Below are positions 25,955 to 37,170 of a DNA stretch of 64,000 bases, in pieces. Position 1 is the stretch's first letter. Every line of letters begins with the position of its first letter. The notes under the pieces are model-generated. The model saw nothing but the letters and a program-made list of their open reading frames with translations, ran no database searches and was not told the DNA's origin. Origin of the DNA: Vicugna vicugna (Eukaryota). The stretch spans positions 632,753 through 696,752 of the forward strand of contig MU057560.1 of the NCBI GenBank assembly GCA_013265495.1. The letters are read 5' to 3'. Made by a program: the position numbers and the translations under genes.

Positions 25955-26175
25955 TGTCAGTGAAGCTGGGAATCACATTGAGCGCTTTACAGACTTAATC
26001 CGCACAACAAGCCCACGTAGAAAATAGTGCTAGCTTGACCGCTTTCCTTTCTGATGAGGAAATAGGCTCCGAGAAGTCAGCAACTTGCCCAAGGGGAACA
26101 CCCAGGAAATGGCCAAACTGGAACTCAAATTAAGGTCTATCCGAGGTAGACTCCATGCTTCAACTCTTACGCACC
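25955..26175 (-). mobile_element. MIR SINE
   Basis: gcgctttacagacttaatccgcacaacaagccc...gatgaggaaataggctccgagaagtcagcaacttgcccaagg. Confidence 0.65.
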
Positions 26176-26719
26176 AGGGTGTATGTCCTAAAAGACAGCA
26201 AGTCAGGACACCAGAGAGAAAGCAGGGGTATGTTTTCCATGGACTGAACTACTTCCGTTAACACTCAGTGAAGAAAGTCTACGTTGAACTCTGCTCATAA
26301 CCAGATCAGACCGAGTGGCACTCCTGTTGGCCACAGTCCATCAAACACAAAGCTCCTTTGCTCTTGGTGGAGTGATCAGCAGGTGCTGATGTCATCCTCA
26401 AGAGGTTCAGGGAAATTCTCCCAGTTTTATGGATGTTCAGAAACAACTGGTTTTATGGGCTTTTTCTTCAACGTTCACCTGTCGTGGAAGAACTTTAGTG
26501 CAGCCTTGGCTTTAGGATGGGTTTATCACAACACGTAGACGGGGACTGTCTTTCTGGGCACAGATGGAAGGAAGAAGCCATTGCCCTTTTCCTCATTCTG
26601 GTCATGACTTTGCTCCACATGGAGCATCAGTAAGTTGCTTACTTAAGTCATCTCTCTCTCATCACGTCTAATGCGCCCTTTTGTTTAGTTGTCTCTACAG
26701 TACATTCATTAACACGTGG

Positions 26720-26960
26720 AAAAGTCAGATGGAATCTAAGGAAAAATCTTTTCAGCTGAATTCTGGGTTTCAACACAGTTCCCTTCTTACCAACCGAGTG
26801 TCCTTAGGGAATTTTGTTAAACTGTCTTCCCTCCTGCCGCTTCATCTGCAACCGAAAAGAACAAAACCAAAAAACCCGGGCATTCAGAGGACTGCATATA
26901 ATACATGTGAATCAGCGAAGACAGCGCTTGACCCATAGGGGTAATTCAGTAAGTGATAGC
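26720..26960 (+). mobile_element. MIR SINE
   Basis: ctgggtttcaacacagttcccttcttaccaaccgagtgtccttagggaattttgttaaac...ttcatctgcaa. Confidence 0.5.
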
Positions 26961-27199
26961 TGGCCGCGCTGTGCTGTCCAGGGACTGGCCTTCTTGGAAG
27001 TTGCTACAGTGGAATACATTACTTTTCTCCCTGCACCTTTCACAGCTGAGGAGGTTTCACGCAGATGTTACGACTACTCCTCTAAGTTGAATCTAGATAA
27101 AAGTTGCAGATAAAAATGATTATTACCTGTAAGTAAAAACTGTGGATTGAACACGTGCGTATCTGTTTTTGCTTTTTCCTCTTCCTCCTCTAAGGCTGC

Positions 27200-27450
27200 A
27201 TTTATGTATTTTAAAAGACATAAGCGCACAAAATCGGAGAGCACGGGAGAGGAGACAAGTCCACGTTTCAGTGGCTGGAAAGCAAACGAATGAGGAGGAA
27301 CTGACGTAGCAGATCCGAGGCAGCCAGATCCTGAAGCGCCGGCGGTCGGAGAGCAAAGCTGGCCCAGTCCGCGCCAAGAACCCTCCGAAGGCTCCGGGAC
27401 GCGCAGCGCCGCCGTCCCGCTCCCACGGAAGGCCAGGGGCTCCAGTCTCT
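27200..27450 (+). mobile_element. HAL1/L1ME-like 5' relic at the edge of the CpG-rich region
   Basis: aagacataagcgcacaa...gggagaggagacaag...ggctggaaagcaaacg...aactgacgtagcagatccgagg...gaaccctccgaaggctccggga. Confidence 0.55.
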
Positions 27451-27960
27451 GAAGACGTGAGGGGGGACGATCTCTGGGCGGAGAGGCACCTCTGCAGGGG
27501 AGGGCTTCCCTCTGACTGTGCTCCTGTGACGGCCGGGCGTCCCTCTGCCGCCGAAGATTCAAGAACGTCCAGCCGGCCGAAGCCCCGACAGCGGGCTCTC
27601 CGAGGGCCCCCGCTCGGCCCAGAAAGGCTGCTTAGGTCGCGGACGCCGAGTCGGTGGTCGGGGCTGCCGGTTCTGCGTTTCACTCTGGCGGCCTTCTCAC
27701 AGCCCAGCAGACGGCGAGCTCGGGACGAGAATGGACCCCCCCCCGCCCGGCCGGGGCGAAGCGAGGGGCCCAGGGCGCTCAGCAAGGCCGCGCGGTCACG
27801 TCCTCCAGCGCTGGGCTGAGCGCCGCCGCCTCCCGGGGCCGCAGAAGGTCCCACTGATCCCAAACAGCTGCTTTGCCGGTGCGTCGCGGGCTCTTTGGTA
27901 ACTCTCCCATGCAGCAAGCGGTGGCTTAGCGCCTGCTACTTTTCAGGCACTTCAGCACAA
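27300..27960. promoter_or_regulatory. CpG-island-like region
   Basis: Dense CpG and high GC with sharp AT-rich boundaries; GC box near 27740. Confidence 0.6.
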
Positions 27961-28159
27961 ACTGAGAATTAAAAAAAATAGAAAAGGAATAATTTGGTCG
28001 CAAGGAAAAGGGCATGTTTTCTCAAGGAAGGTTCTCTGTGAGGGTGCGGTGCGAGGAAACGTCTTGAAATTGGCATCGTATGTTCAATTAACAGAAGCCT
28101 TTTACATTGATTATTGCATCGAATTCTCACCAAAACAGACGGTCTAGTATATACACAGT

Positions 28160-28300
28160 ATATATTTTCTACCTTCCTTTGACGAGCAAGGTAACTAAAT
28201 GTCAGGAAGGTGAAGTAGCTGTGAGGTTCACAGAGCTCACGTAGCGCAGACCTGAGGCTTTGAGTTCATCTTTTCTGAGGCCAAGTCCAAGAGTCCTTAA
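28160..28300 (-). mobile_element. MIR SINE fragment
   Basis: aggtaactaaatgtcaggaaggtgaagtagctgtgaggttcacagagct...ctgaggccaagtcc. Confidence 0.5.
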
Positions 28301-28959
28301 ATGACACCACACTGCCTTTGACAATGACTTCCCGCCCTCATTCTGCAGATCAGAAAACAGAGCCAATGTCGCCTGGACCCAGGGTCGACTCGGAAAGCTG
28401 AGTCCAGCTGCTGAGCGATGACAGCGCCATCTCCCTGATTCCTAGGAACTGTGCCTACGGGTACCTTCCGTGACTTCCCAGGATGAAGCACGAGTCGGGG
28501 TGCAGGCTCTTGGACGCCATCGCAGTCCGCTGCAGCCAGCTCCCCAGCGACCTCCCCCCACGTTGTGGTGATGGTGGCAGTGTTGCCTTTCCCTGGAAGC
28601 CACCCCGTTCTTCCCCAAGGAGCTCAGCACGACTAAACGGGAAACCTGTGCCCCAGGCTGGTAATGAATGTGGCGATTAGATGGGTGCTTGTTCTGTGCA
28701 TGGTTGGCCGTGTTCACTGCAATACTCCCTTACAGCTGTAGGTCTCAGCCCACTGGACGGACAGCTCTCCATGCCAAGCCTGCAAGACTTGCTGAATTCA
28801 AGGTGAGTGTCACCCGTTCCTTGTCTTGGCTCGAGGAGCTCATGCCCAAGAATGAGGGGCAGACAGGGACTTAAACAATGTGGTGGGGACTGCGCTAGAG
28901 ACGTGGAGATGTTTTCACGTGCACACAGAACTGACAACATGGAGATGATGGAGCAAAGC

Positions 28960-29277
28960 TGGAAGGAACGGCCTTTTGCCCAGTTCCTAATTTCCTGCTT
29001 ATTTGAAATCTGCTCCTGGAGACTCCGACATTCATTTTTGGCGTCTACCATTCTCAGCACATACACTTTCCCTTCATAGTATTTTTATCATAAATTTTAT
29101 TTATGTATTCATTTGTGTTTTTCTTAATGTCTTTCTTTTGTGCTAAACAGAAAGCTACACAGAGGCAAGGATTCGGCCAGTTTTATTATCCACTGTACTT
29201 AATTTGAAGGCTTGCTCAGTGCCTGGCAAATAGGACTGATTCTCGGTCAGTGTTTACTGAATGAGTGAATGAATGAT
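28960..29277 (+). mobile_element. L2 3' end
   Basis: aagctacacagaggcaagga...cagtgcctggcaaatagga...tttactgaatgagtgaatgaatga. Confidence 0.75.
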
Positions 29278-31378
29278 TAAGAGTGACCGCATGTGTTTAT
29301 TCTTTCTTGTGAAAAAGTACCTTTCCAAGCCACAGGATTTTGAATCTAATTATCAGGATTATGAGTTAAATATTTCAATCCCATCAAGTTACTTTGTCAG
29401 AAGACAATCATGATACAGTGATTCACGAGGCTACAAACGCTGTGAGACTCAAAACTTCATTTTCAATTAATTACAAGTCTGATTCTTTCTACAAGTGCAG
29501 AAAATCATCGTGTGCCCAGTGAGCTACGTGCCAGTTGACATGGTATCTGTCTACACTGCTGAAATCCCCCTTGACCGATGCTGCATTATAAAAGTTGGTG
29601 AAAACAAGAAAATGGCATCTCCAAACCATAATTCCAAATCTGATGGGTTTTGTTTGTTTGTTTGTTTTTGGTTGTCAGATAACCCTTTATTAAGTCATTT
29701 TTCTTTGTAGTTCTTAACTCACTGGGCATTCCACTGCACCATTGTTGCCTCCAGCAAAAAGGGAACTCACTACCGGTCAAGCCCCCTCTTCCACCCATAG
29801 ACATTTAACATTGCAATAAAAAGACAAATGCACCCCATTCCTTAGCAGGTGATAAGACCACGCTAAGAGTTTAAGCAGACTACCTGATGTAAATATTCAG
29901 TTATTATATACGGTCAATGCTTTTTCCTCATCTTATAAGGCAACACTGGAGACGCTTGGGGAGGTTAGGGGATGTGTCCAGGAACACAGCGAGTGTCGGC
30001 ATGAGCGCTCCCTAGCTGTCTAACGCCAAAGCTTGTAAGTTGCTGGCCCCATAATTTCCTCACTGATTTACTGGGTAACCAGTGCGTTAATGCCTAGCAG
30101 ACCAGCTCACATGAGAACAGTAACAACTGGAGGTGGTTTACTGGGTCCCTCAGAGGCACTGGCATTGAAAGAGGAGAGCCCGTGGAGTCACTGGGCTTTA
30201 AACACAAAGGACTGCATCTCTAGCGGTGGCGCTACAGACGGCAGAGGTGCTTCGCAGCTCAACGCCCGCCACGGAAGATCACGTCTCACCCCATGGAGGC
30301 CCACTCCCTCCACCACTAGCTGTACCCGCGTCCTTGTATGAATGGCTTCGCCCCTCCAGGTCAGGTTTCCTCTTGTGTTGAATGAGGAGGCTGTACTTGA
30401 CTTCCCTCTGGGAGTCTTGCAGGTCAGAATCCATACAACCGTGAGGGCAGGAGGACAAGAACACCAAAGCCTGGAGAATGTGGCAGCCCGTGGCCTCACC
30501 CCATGGCGAGGGCACAGTGAATGCCGGGAGGTGCATGGAAAGCTGTTAGCAGGGGACGGCAGACGAAGCCAGAGCTGCAGATGTGGGCTAGAAACACACA
30601 GGTGGTCCAGCTGGCATTTACGTCTCAACACCCGTTCTGTATGGCTCCCCAAAGTGCAAAGAAGTACCTGGGACCGGAGCTGGCAGTGGGAAGCACGATG
30701 GATGCCTGAACTAGGCTCTTCCCACCCACCTGGGAGCTGCCTGATGGACCCACTTCCGTCCCATCCCAGGCGGCACATCAACATCGGCTGAGAGCCAGCT
30801 GTCCTCAGGCCAGGAGGCCAGGTCAGAGCCTGGTGGTCCCTGGTGTCCTCCTGTTTGCTGTCCGATAGCAAGGACATTGCAGATACTTACGGAGCCCACC
30901 TGCAGTTCCTGAGGAGGGTCTGAGGGGGGCCTTGGACTCTGGTTAGTAACAAGTACTTAGTAAGTGCTGGTCCCTCATAGGCAGGGATTTAGGGGGTGTC
31001 AGGTTTAATTTTCCTTTCAATATAGCAATGCTCTTATCAAAAACTAATTTTTGGAGAAAAATGCTAGGTTACTCCTTCTCCTCCCTTGTCCCATTGTCTC
31101 TTTCCTTACTTTTGCTTAAAGGATGACTGATCGTTCATTAAGGACTATTTCAGATGTCATAAAAGTACAAAATGTGATATTATGAACACCTGTGACCCTC
31201 GTCCTCTGACTGAGACACAGAACACTGCAGACGGCGTGCAAGCTTTAGTCATCCTGATTCCGCTTCTCTCTCTAACTTCCTGCCACAAACCACCAGTGTC
31301 GCACACATTCATTGTCTGCCTTTGCCCCGTACTCCACTGCATTTTAACTGCATATCAGCTTGCAAACACGCACACACA

Positions 31379-31755
31379 TTTTATGGGCTGAATTGGACCC
31401 TCCTCAAAATTCATCATTGAATCTCCAACCCCCAGCACATTAGAACGTGACTATTTGGAGATACAGGCTTTTAACATAGTGACGAAATTAAAATTAGGCC
31501 ATTAGGGTGGTCCCTAATCCACCGTAGCTGGTGTCCTTATTAGAAGAGGAGGAGACAACAGATGTGTGTGCTCACGGAGGACACGGGGGAAGGTGGGCAT
31601 CTGTGAGCTGAGGCGAGAGGTCCCAGGAGGAACCGGCTTCACTGACACCTTGATCTCAGACGTCTACCTGCCAGACCCGTGAGAGAAGTCACTTCTGTCC
31701 CTTAAGCCACCCAGTCCGTGGTATTTTGTCGGGAGAGCCTGGGCTCAGTGACACA
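31379..31755 (+). mobile_element. MaLR solo LTR (MLT1B-like), full length
   Basis: ttatgggctgaattg...gtgactatttggagat...ccctaatcc...ggtgtccttattagaagagg...gacaccttgatctcagac...ttaagccacccagtccgtggtattttgt. Confidence 0.9.
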
Positions 31756-31809
31756 ACCCAGAAATTAGACCCAGAATTATTTTCATGGTTTCCGTAGGTG
31801 AAAGTTTAA

Positions 31810-32390
31810 ACGTTTAAGCATCTATTTACACACATGCCTTCAGAATAAACACTTATTAATTACAAGGGAAAAATGGAACTTCACTGGGGAGCAACCGGGC
31901 AGACACCACCGTAACCAAGTGACCGCAGTTAATAGCACCAGGGGTGAGTCACGTGGACATCATGTACCCAGAGATGGCGACGTACTCAGGTCTCCGTCTG
32001 ATTCTGAGGAAACATCAGGCCAGCCTAGACTGAGGCACACTCTGCAAAACTCCCGACCAGAACGTCCCCAGGGTGTTGATGAAGGTCGTGAAAGACGGGC
32101 AGAGACTGGGGGTGCTGCTGCAGAGCGGAGGAGGCAAAGGGGATACTACTGATTAAGATGACCGGGGTCCTGCGTGGGGTCCTGGGACAGAGGAGTGACA
32201 TGAGTGAAAACCCTGGCGAAACACCAAGGCCACCGCAGCGGCCTGCGATCCTTAGCACGACCATCCCGCTGTGCAGATGCTCCACGCTACCGCCCGGGGA
32301 AGCTGGGGGGCAGGGCATTTGGGATCTCTCTGTACGCTTCTGCAACATTTCTCTACGTGTTTAATTATCTCAGTATAAAGAGTCAAAAAT
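31810..32390 (+). mobile_element. Old L1 3' UTR (L1MC/ME-like)
   Basis: cacttattaattacaagggaaaaatgg...gcagacaccacc...aaacatcaggccagcctagactgaggcacactctgcaaaa...gggatctctctgtacgcttctgcaac. Confidence 0.75.
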
Positions 32391-33115
32391 ACCCCAACAA
32401 ACCTAATTTGTTAGCACTTGTCCCCTCCCCTTCGAGTTCTCAGAGGGCTAAGGACAGAGCAGCCCCAGGCTTTGCGGTGGGAGAGCAGGGTCCGCTCTTC
32501 CTGGCCCCTCCCGCACCCATTCATGTGGAACGAAGGCGGGAGGTGGGCGGGGCTCTCTCCAGTTACAAAATGGGGCCTCTGGTACTGGCTTCACAGGGTA
32601 AAGTGTGGATTACATGAGTGTTTTTGTGCAAGTGCCCCATGCAAGAGGCTCCCCAAAATGTCCATTTCAGTCCCGATCCATGTCCTCTTGTAGTAACATT
32701 CAAACGAGTAAATAAATAGTGGGTCATACCTCACTGCTAAAACAAGGACGGGGGTGATTAGACAAGACAAGGCTTGGTCAGAACCCAGGGAAGTGGTGTC
32801 AGTCCAACTAAAGCAATAGAGATGAAGCAACTCCTGAGTGCCGCACACTGGACGGCTCCCCACGCCCTCCCCAGCCTGCTCAGGGCCTCCCGGGCTCTTC
32901 TCAGCAGCCCGTCCCGCCAGGGGTCCCCTTCCCGCAGGCTTCAGGGCTCAGCCAGCGTTAGGCACCGGCAGAAATTGAAAAGGTCCGGGAGCAAGGAATC
33001 GGGGCCTGGCTGCCCTGTCTGTCTGGATCCTACCTACCCTGACTGGGCAGCCCTCTCTCCACGGCACTCAGATGCTCCCAGCTGGGTTCCGAGAACCACT
33101 GTCTCTCCTGTCCCC

Positions 33116-33157
33116 GTAGGCTTAGGCTTAGGGGTAAGGTTAGGGTTAGGCAAAGGG
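33116..33157 (+). repeat. Short degenerate TTAGGG-like hexamer array
   Basis: gtaggc ttaggc ttaggg gtaagg ttaggg ttaggc aaaggg in register. Confidence 0.75.
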
Positions 33158-34707
33158 TTCCTCGGGTCACCAGGCCTTGCTGCTCCCTTTAAGCCCGACA
33201 AACACAGTCAGCAAATCAACCTGAGAGAAGTCTTGCCAAAACGGTCGATTTACAGCGGATTAGTGCTGTTTGCAGCTTTTCCCCCGAACTCTGACCACTT
33301 TTTCTCCTCCTGGTGAACTTGACAATGGAGTGGAATTTAGGTTAAAAATAAGTATTAGTCAAGTAGACTTGTTTGGCATCAACCTCAAACCTCTGCAGTT
33401 TCTATGAATCCAACACTGGCAAGAGTCAGAAAAGGCGGGATGGTGGCCGTGGAAAGCGTGGGCCCCACGGAGGGTGAAAAACTCTAGCCAGCAGGTCCGC
33501 ACCCCAGGCGGCACGGGGTGGGCGCGGCAACTGTAAAGAAAGCGCCAGCCCTTCCGTCTGCGGGGGGCCTGCTGCTCCCTGCAGTTGGGCTCTTAGGTGG
33601 CAGCTTTAAAATAATTGTCCATCTTGTCTGCGATGGTTCTTCCGGTGGAAGAAGACGCGTTTCTCTCTCTCTTAGCACTTGAACAACGACGCTGGGCTTT
33701 ATGTGGTTTAACGACCACTCACTTGGCAGGGATTTTGTGAGGCTTTGACTACATGATGCCACTACCCACCGCCCAGAAAGGTAGAGATTAATGCATTCTT
33801 TTGGTTCTAGGACACCTTTTTATTTAACATTTAGCATTCAACTATATAAAAATATTCTATCTGGTCACCAGTAAAGGGATGAAATACATTCTAATAATAG
33901 TTGTCACTACCTTCACATATGAATTTTGCCAACTTTAAAAGGGAGCCCTTCAACTAATTATTATTTCAGTTTTGATATTTCCATTTATAGAAATAGACTT
34001 AACTTTAACTTAAATGTCCATCCTTAAATGTTACTTAAAATATCATTAAAATATAACACCTTATTCGAGTACTGGCATTAGAAAGGCATTGTATACATGC
34101 AAATTTGCACACCATATACTAGGCAATGCAATTAAAGACTGTAGAAGAAGCCAAATGTCGCAGAATAAATCATAGACTTTTCAACATTATTAGAACTTGA
34201 TGAGACATTCAGGGGCCAGATATCCAGGTTTGAAAAGCTCCCCCCTATTTAATTTCTGTATTGGAAGTGTGGACATATTTGTCTTGAAAATTTCTAATGT
34301 TTTCCATTGATGTTCTAGATCAGGTTTTTTTTTTAATTTCCTGAGACAAATTAGCTGACTAATTTTTGGTATATCTTTGTACATGCCCCACTGATGTTTA
34401 GAAATAATAAACATACACTGTTCGTGTTGTGTTCACTTCTCCATATTTCATCTATGTCTTTATCCGTATTCATGTCAGACTGGCATCCATGTAAGCTCAC
34501 GTTCAAGATATATATCCAAATATATACAATTAATATATATGCATATACATGATTCAAATATTAATGTGGATTAAGAAGTCACCCTTGTTAAATATTTAAT
34601 CAAATCTCCTGTAGTTGTAATGAATTATTATGTACTTTGTTGGTTTCTGAGCTAAATTTTATCTCTAGTAATTTGCTTTCTGTATTTTGAATCTATATTG
34701 TTAGTAA

Positions 34708-35236
34708 TGTTACCGAGTCCAGACTCCTTCTGCTCACCGCACGACAGGCCAATAAATTGGGAGAAGAGGTATTGGGGCAAGGAAAAGCGACTTTATTCAG
34801 AAAGCTGGCAGACCGAGAGGATGGCAGACTAATGTCTTGGAGAATCATCCTGCTCCAGTCAGAATACGGACTCCTTTTATTAAAACAACAAAACAAAACA
34901 AAACAAAACAAGGAAGAGGGTGTGGTTGGTTGTTGCAAATTTCTTTCCGCAGGAATTCTTTGTCCTTGCAGCCATCCACGTGGGCCAGGCCATGGTGTCC
35001 CTGTAAACCTCCAACAAAACAATGGTTATTCTCTGTTTTGCAACTTGCCATCTCCACTAAGTGCAGAAGAGCTGACATCCTTAAAGGTCAGAGCCCCGGG
35101 AAGAGGCGCTCCTGCATATTTCAGGCTAAAGGCAACATTGCTTTACAAAAGGTGCAGAGCCTAGAATACAGGGCACAGTGTTTAAAGCTAAAGTAACAGA
35201 TCCAAAATGGAGTCAGATTTGTTCTCCTCTATTGCA
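34708..35236 (-). mobile_element. ERV1-class solo LTR
   Basis: TG...CA ends; minus strand starts tgcaatagaggagaacaaatctgactccattttg and has AATAAA (+ strand tttatt near 34792) before ...ggactcggtaaca; degenerate 4-bp flanks gtaa/gcga. Confidence 0.85.
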
Positions 35237-35720
35237 GCGATGTAAAGTTCATAGCTATTTTAACTTTCCAAATAAATATTCTTCTTTGTTCTGTTTAAAG
35301 ACTTTTGCTTTGAATTCTCTTTTGGCTTCCCTGCCTGTGCTGCTTATATTTTTATCAGCATTTGTTTGGTGTACCTTTTTCCCTATTCTCCAATTTAATA
35401 CCTTTTTGAAATTTTGTTCTAGATATTTCCTTCTGACTTCCAGGTGACTTTAATCTTTTCATACTTATCATGGTTCTTAAATGAGGACTTAGTTCTTAAA
35501 ACTTTGTGTTTTCTGTTTACCATGCTTATTATTACTTCTTTTGGTCTGAGTTTCCTTTTTTTGTTTTGTTTTGTTTTGTCTTTTTTTCTTTCTCTAGAGA
35601 TTTGATGTAACAACATCTATTTCTATTTTTCTAGTTGTTTTTCTTAAATGTTTGCCATAAATGTTTTAACCGATTTTTTAAAAATCCATTTGATGACAGT
35701 TATCTCCACCTCACCCCCGT

Positions 35721-36263
35721 TGAGGCAGGAAGCCCCATAAAAAGACCAGCAGGACCCCCTAGGCAGGGCCACTGCTCTCCTGCCAGCACCATCTGGTTCC
35801 CTGGCCTAGAGGCTCTATCTCACTTTTTGCCTCTGAAGCAGCTTGCTTACCTCTAAAATTCTATTGGTTCCCTGAGCTCACTCCTGATTGGTTCATTTCC
35901 CTAACTTCTGATTGGTCCATTTGTAGTACTTTATTTGCATGGAGCTCACTGCTGATTGGTCCACTTCCCTCACTCTTGATTGGTTCTCTCCCTCCTGATT
36001 GGTCCATTTCTACAAAGCTTGCTCCTAATTAGTCAACTTTCATTATACCTCATTTGCATATGGTGTTGCAAAGTGTAAACTGGCAGCCTATAAAAAAAAA
36101 GCCAGTATAAATCTACAGACATTATCCAGAGCTTGGAGTGTTAACTTCTCTGGGCCCACTGGTATAATAAGCCTGAGTTCTCCAACTCTCCAAGTGCTGC
36201 TTGGTCTCTCACCTGGATCCAGGTTGCCATCACAACTGAGCTGTAACACATTTTTCCACAACA
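35721..36263 (+). mobile_element. ERV1-class solo LTR with CCAAT array
   Basis: Starts tgaggcagga, ends ccacaaca; six ATTGG motifs, two ATTTGCAT, TATAAAA at 36089, AATAAG at 36166. Confidence 0.85.
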
Positions 36264-37029
36264 CTGCTGCCAACATACTAGCATCAATTTTTTAAATCTA
36301 CTATGATTTATTCCCCTCTAATAAGAATTACGCCTCTCTAATAGTTCTCTGATAGGATTTTTTTCTTGTAGTGCCTAGTCTTGTTTTACAGTCTCCAGTT
36401 CTTCTTTCATGAGTATCTCTTTATTTCTCTATTGATATCAAATTTACTTGTATTCAAGCACTTTTTAGATTTTGCTTTTCAGTTTTTTAATTTGCTGAGT
36501 ATGTTTTGTTTCTTTCATGATGTTGGTTTTCTTCATATGTTCCTGTGGATTTGCGGTATAGGAGGGAAATTTCAGCTCCTGTTCTTTCTACATCTTGAGG
36601 CCAAAAGTCTTCTCAAGCTGACACTTAAGAGCAGCTGTTTAGCTGTCAGTAATACATAATTTTATTAAGAGAAAAAGTAGAAGAGTAAGTGTACAAAAAG
36701 CTAGGTAAAATGCTGATAGTTTTCACTTTCCTCAAAATTAAATTATCAACACAAGTGTTAAAAAACAGATGATGTGTATGGTTTATAAAAATGTATCATG
36801 ATATGATGTACAACTTCCTGTAGTAAAAATAATTCTGAAGCGTTCTTATTACCTAATAAGAAGAAAGTTTAGATTTATCATAATTTGGTTATGATATTGT
36901 GGAAGAAAGTGTCACAGACTGTCATAAGTATGTTATCATTGGTTGAACGTGTGTGTGTATTATGACATATTCCTTCATGTCAACAAGCTGTCTTTTTGTC
37001 TACAATAGCTCTTACAATTAGTGGCTTTT

Positions 37030-37170
37030 TCTAATCAAGAAAACGTGATATCATCCCAGTTTTATGGATGCAACACTGAAGTACAAAGAGGTTAATTAAC
37101 TTAGTATAGGTCACGCAGAAAGAACCAGCATTTGAAAATAGGATGTCTGACTACAGAGCCCTTTTTCTTT
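37030..37170 (-). mobile_element. MIR SINE fragment
   Basis: atcatcccagtttatggatgcaacactgaagtacaaagaggttaattaactt...ggtcacgcag...tgtctgactacagagccc. Confidence 0.7.

Larger units (their letters stand above)
34430..36600 (-). mobile_element. Degraded old L1 body hosting two LTRs
   Basis: T-rich tract with gctttgaattctcttttg...gcatttgtttggtgtacctttttccc, typical of antisense old L1 ORF2. Confidence 0.4.

Noticed and set aside
27123..27917. 264-aa minus-strand ORF across the CpG island, ending at a CAG|GTAAT donor-like site
   Set aside because: Low-complexity G/R/A/S composition expected from GC-rich DNA; it runs antisense through a HAL1-like relic and I recognise no homology
35863..36032. Periodic repeats superficially like a repeat-spacer array
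   Set aside because: Short degenerate CCAAT units inside an LTR in a mammalian genome; not CRISPR
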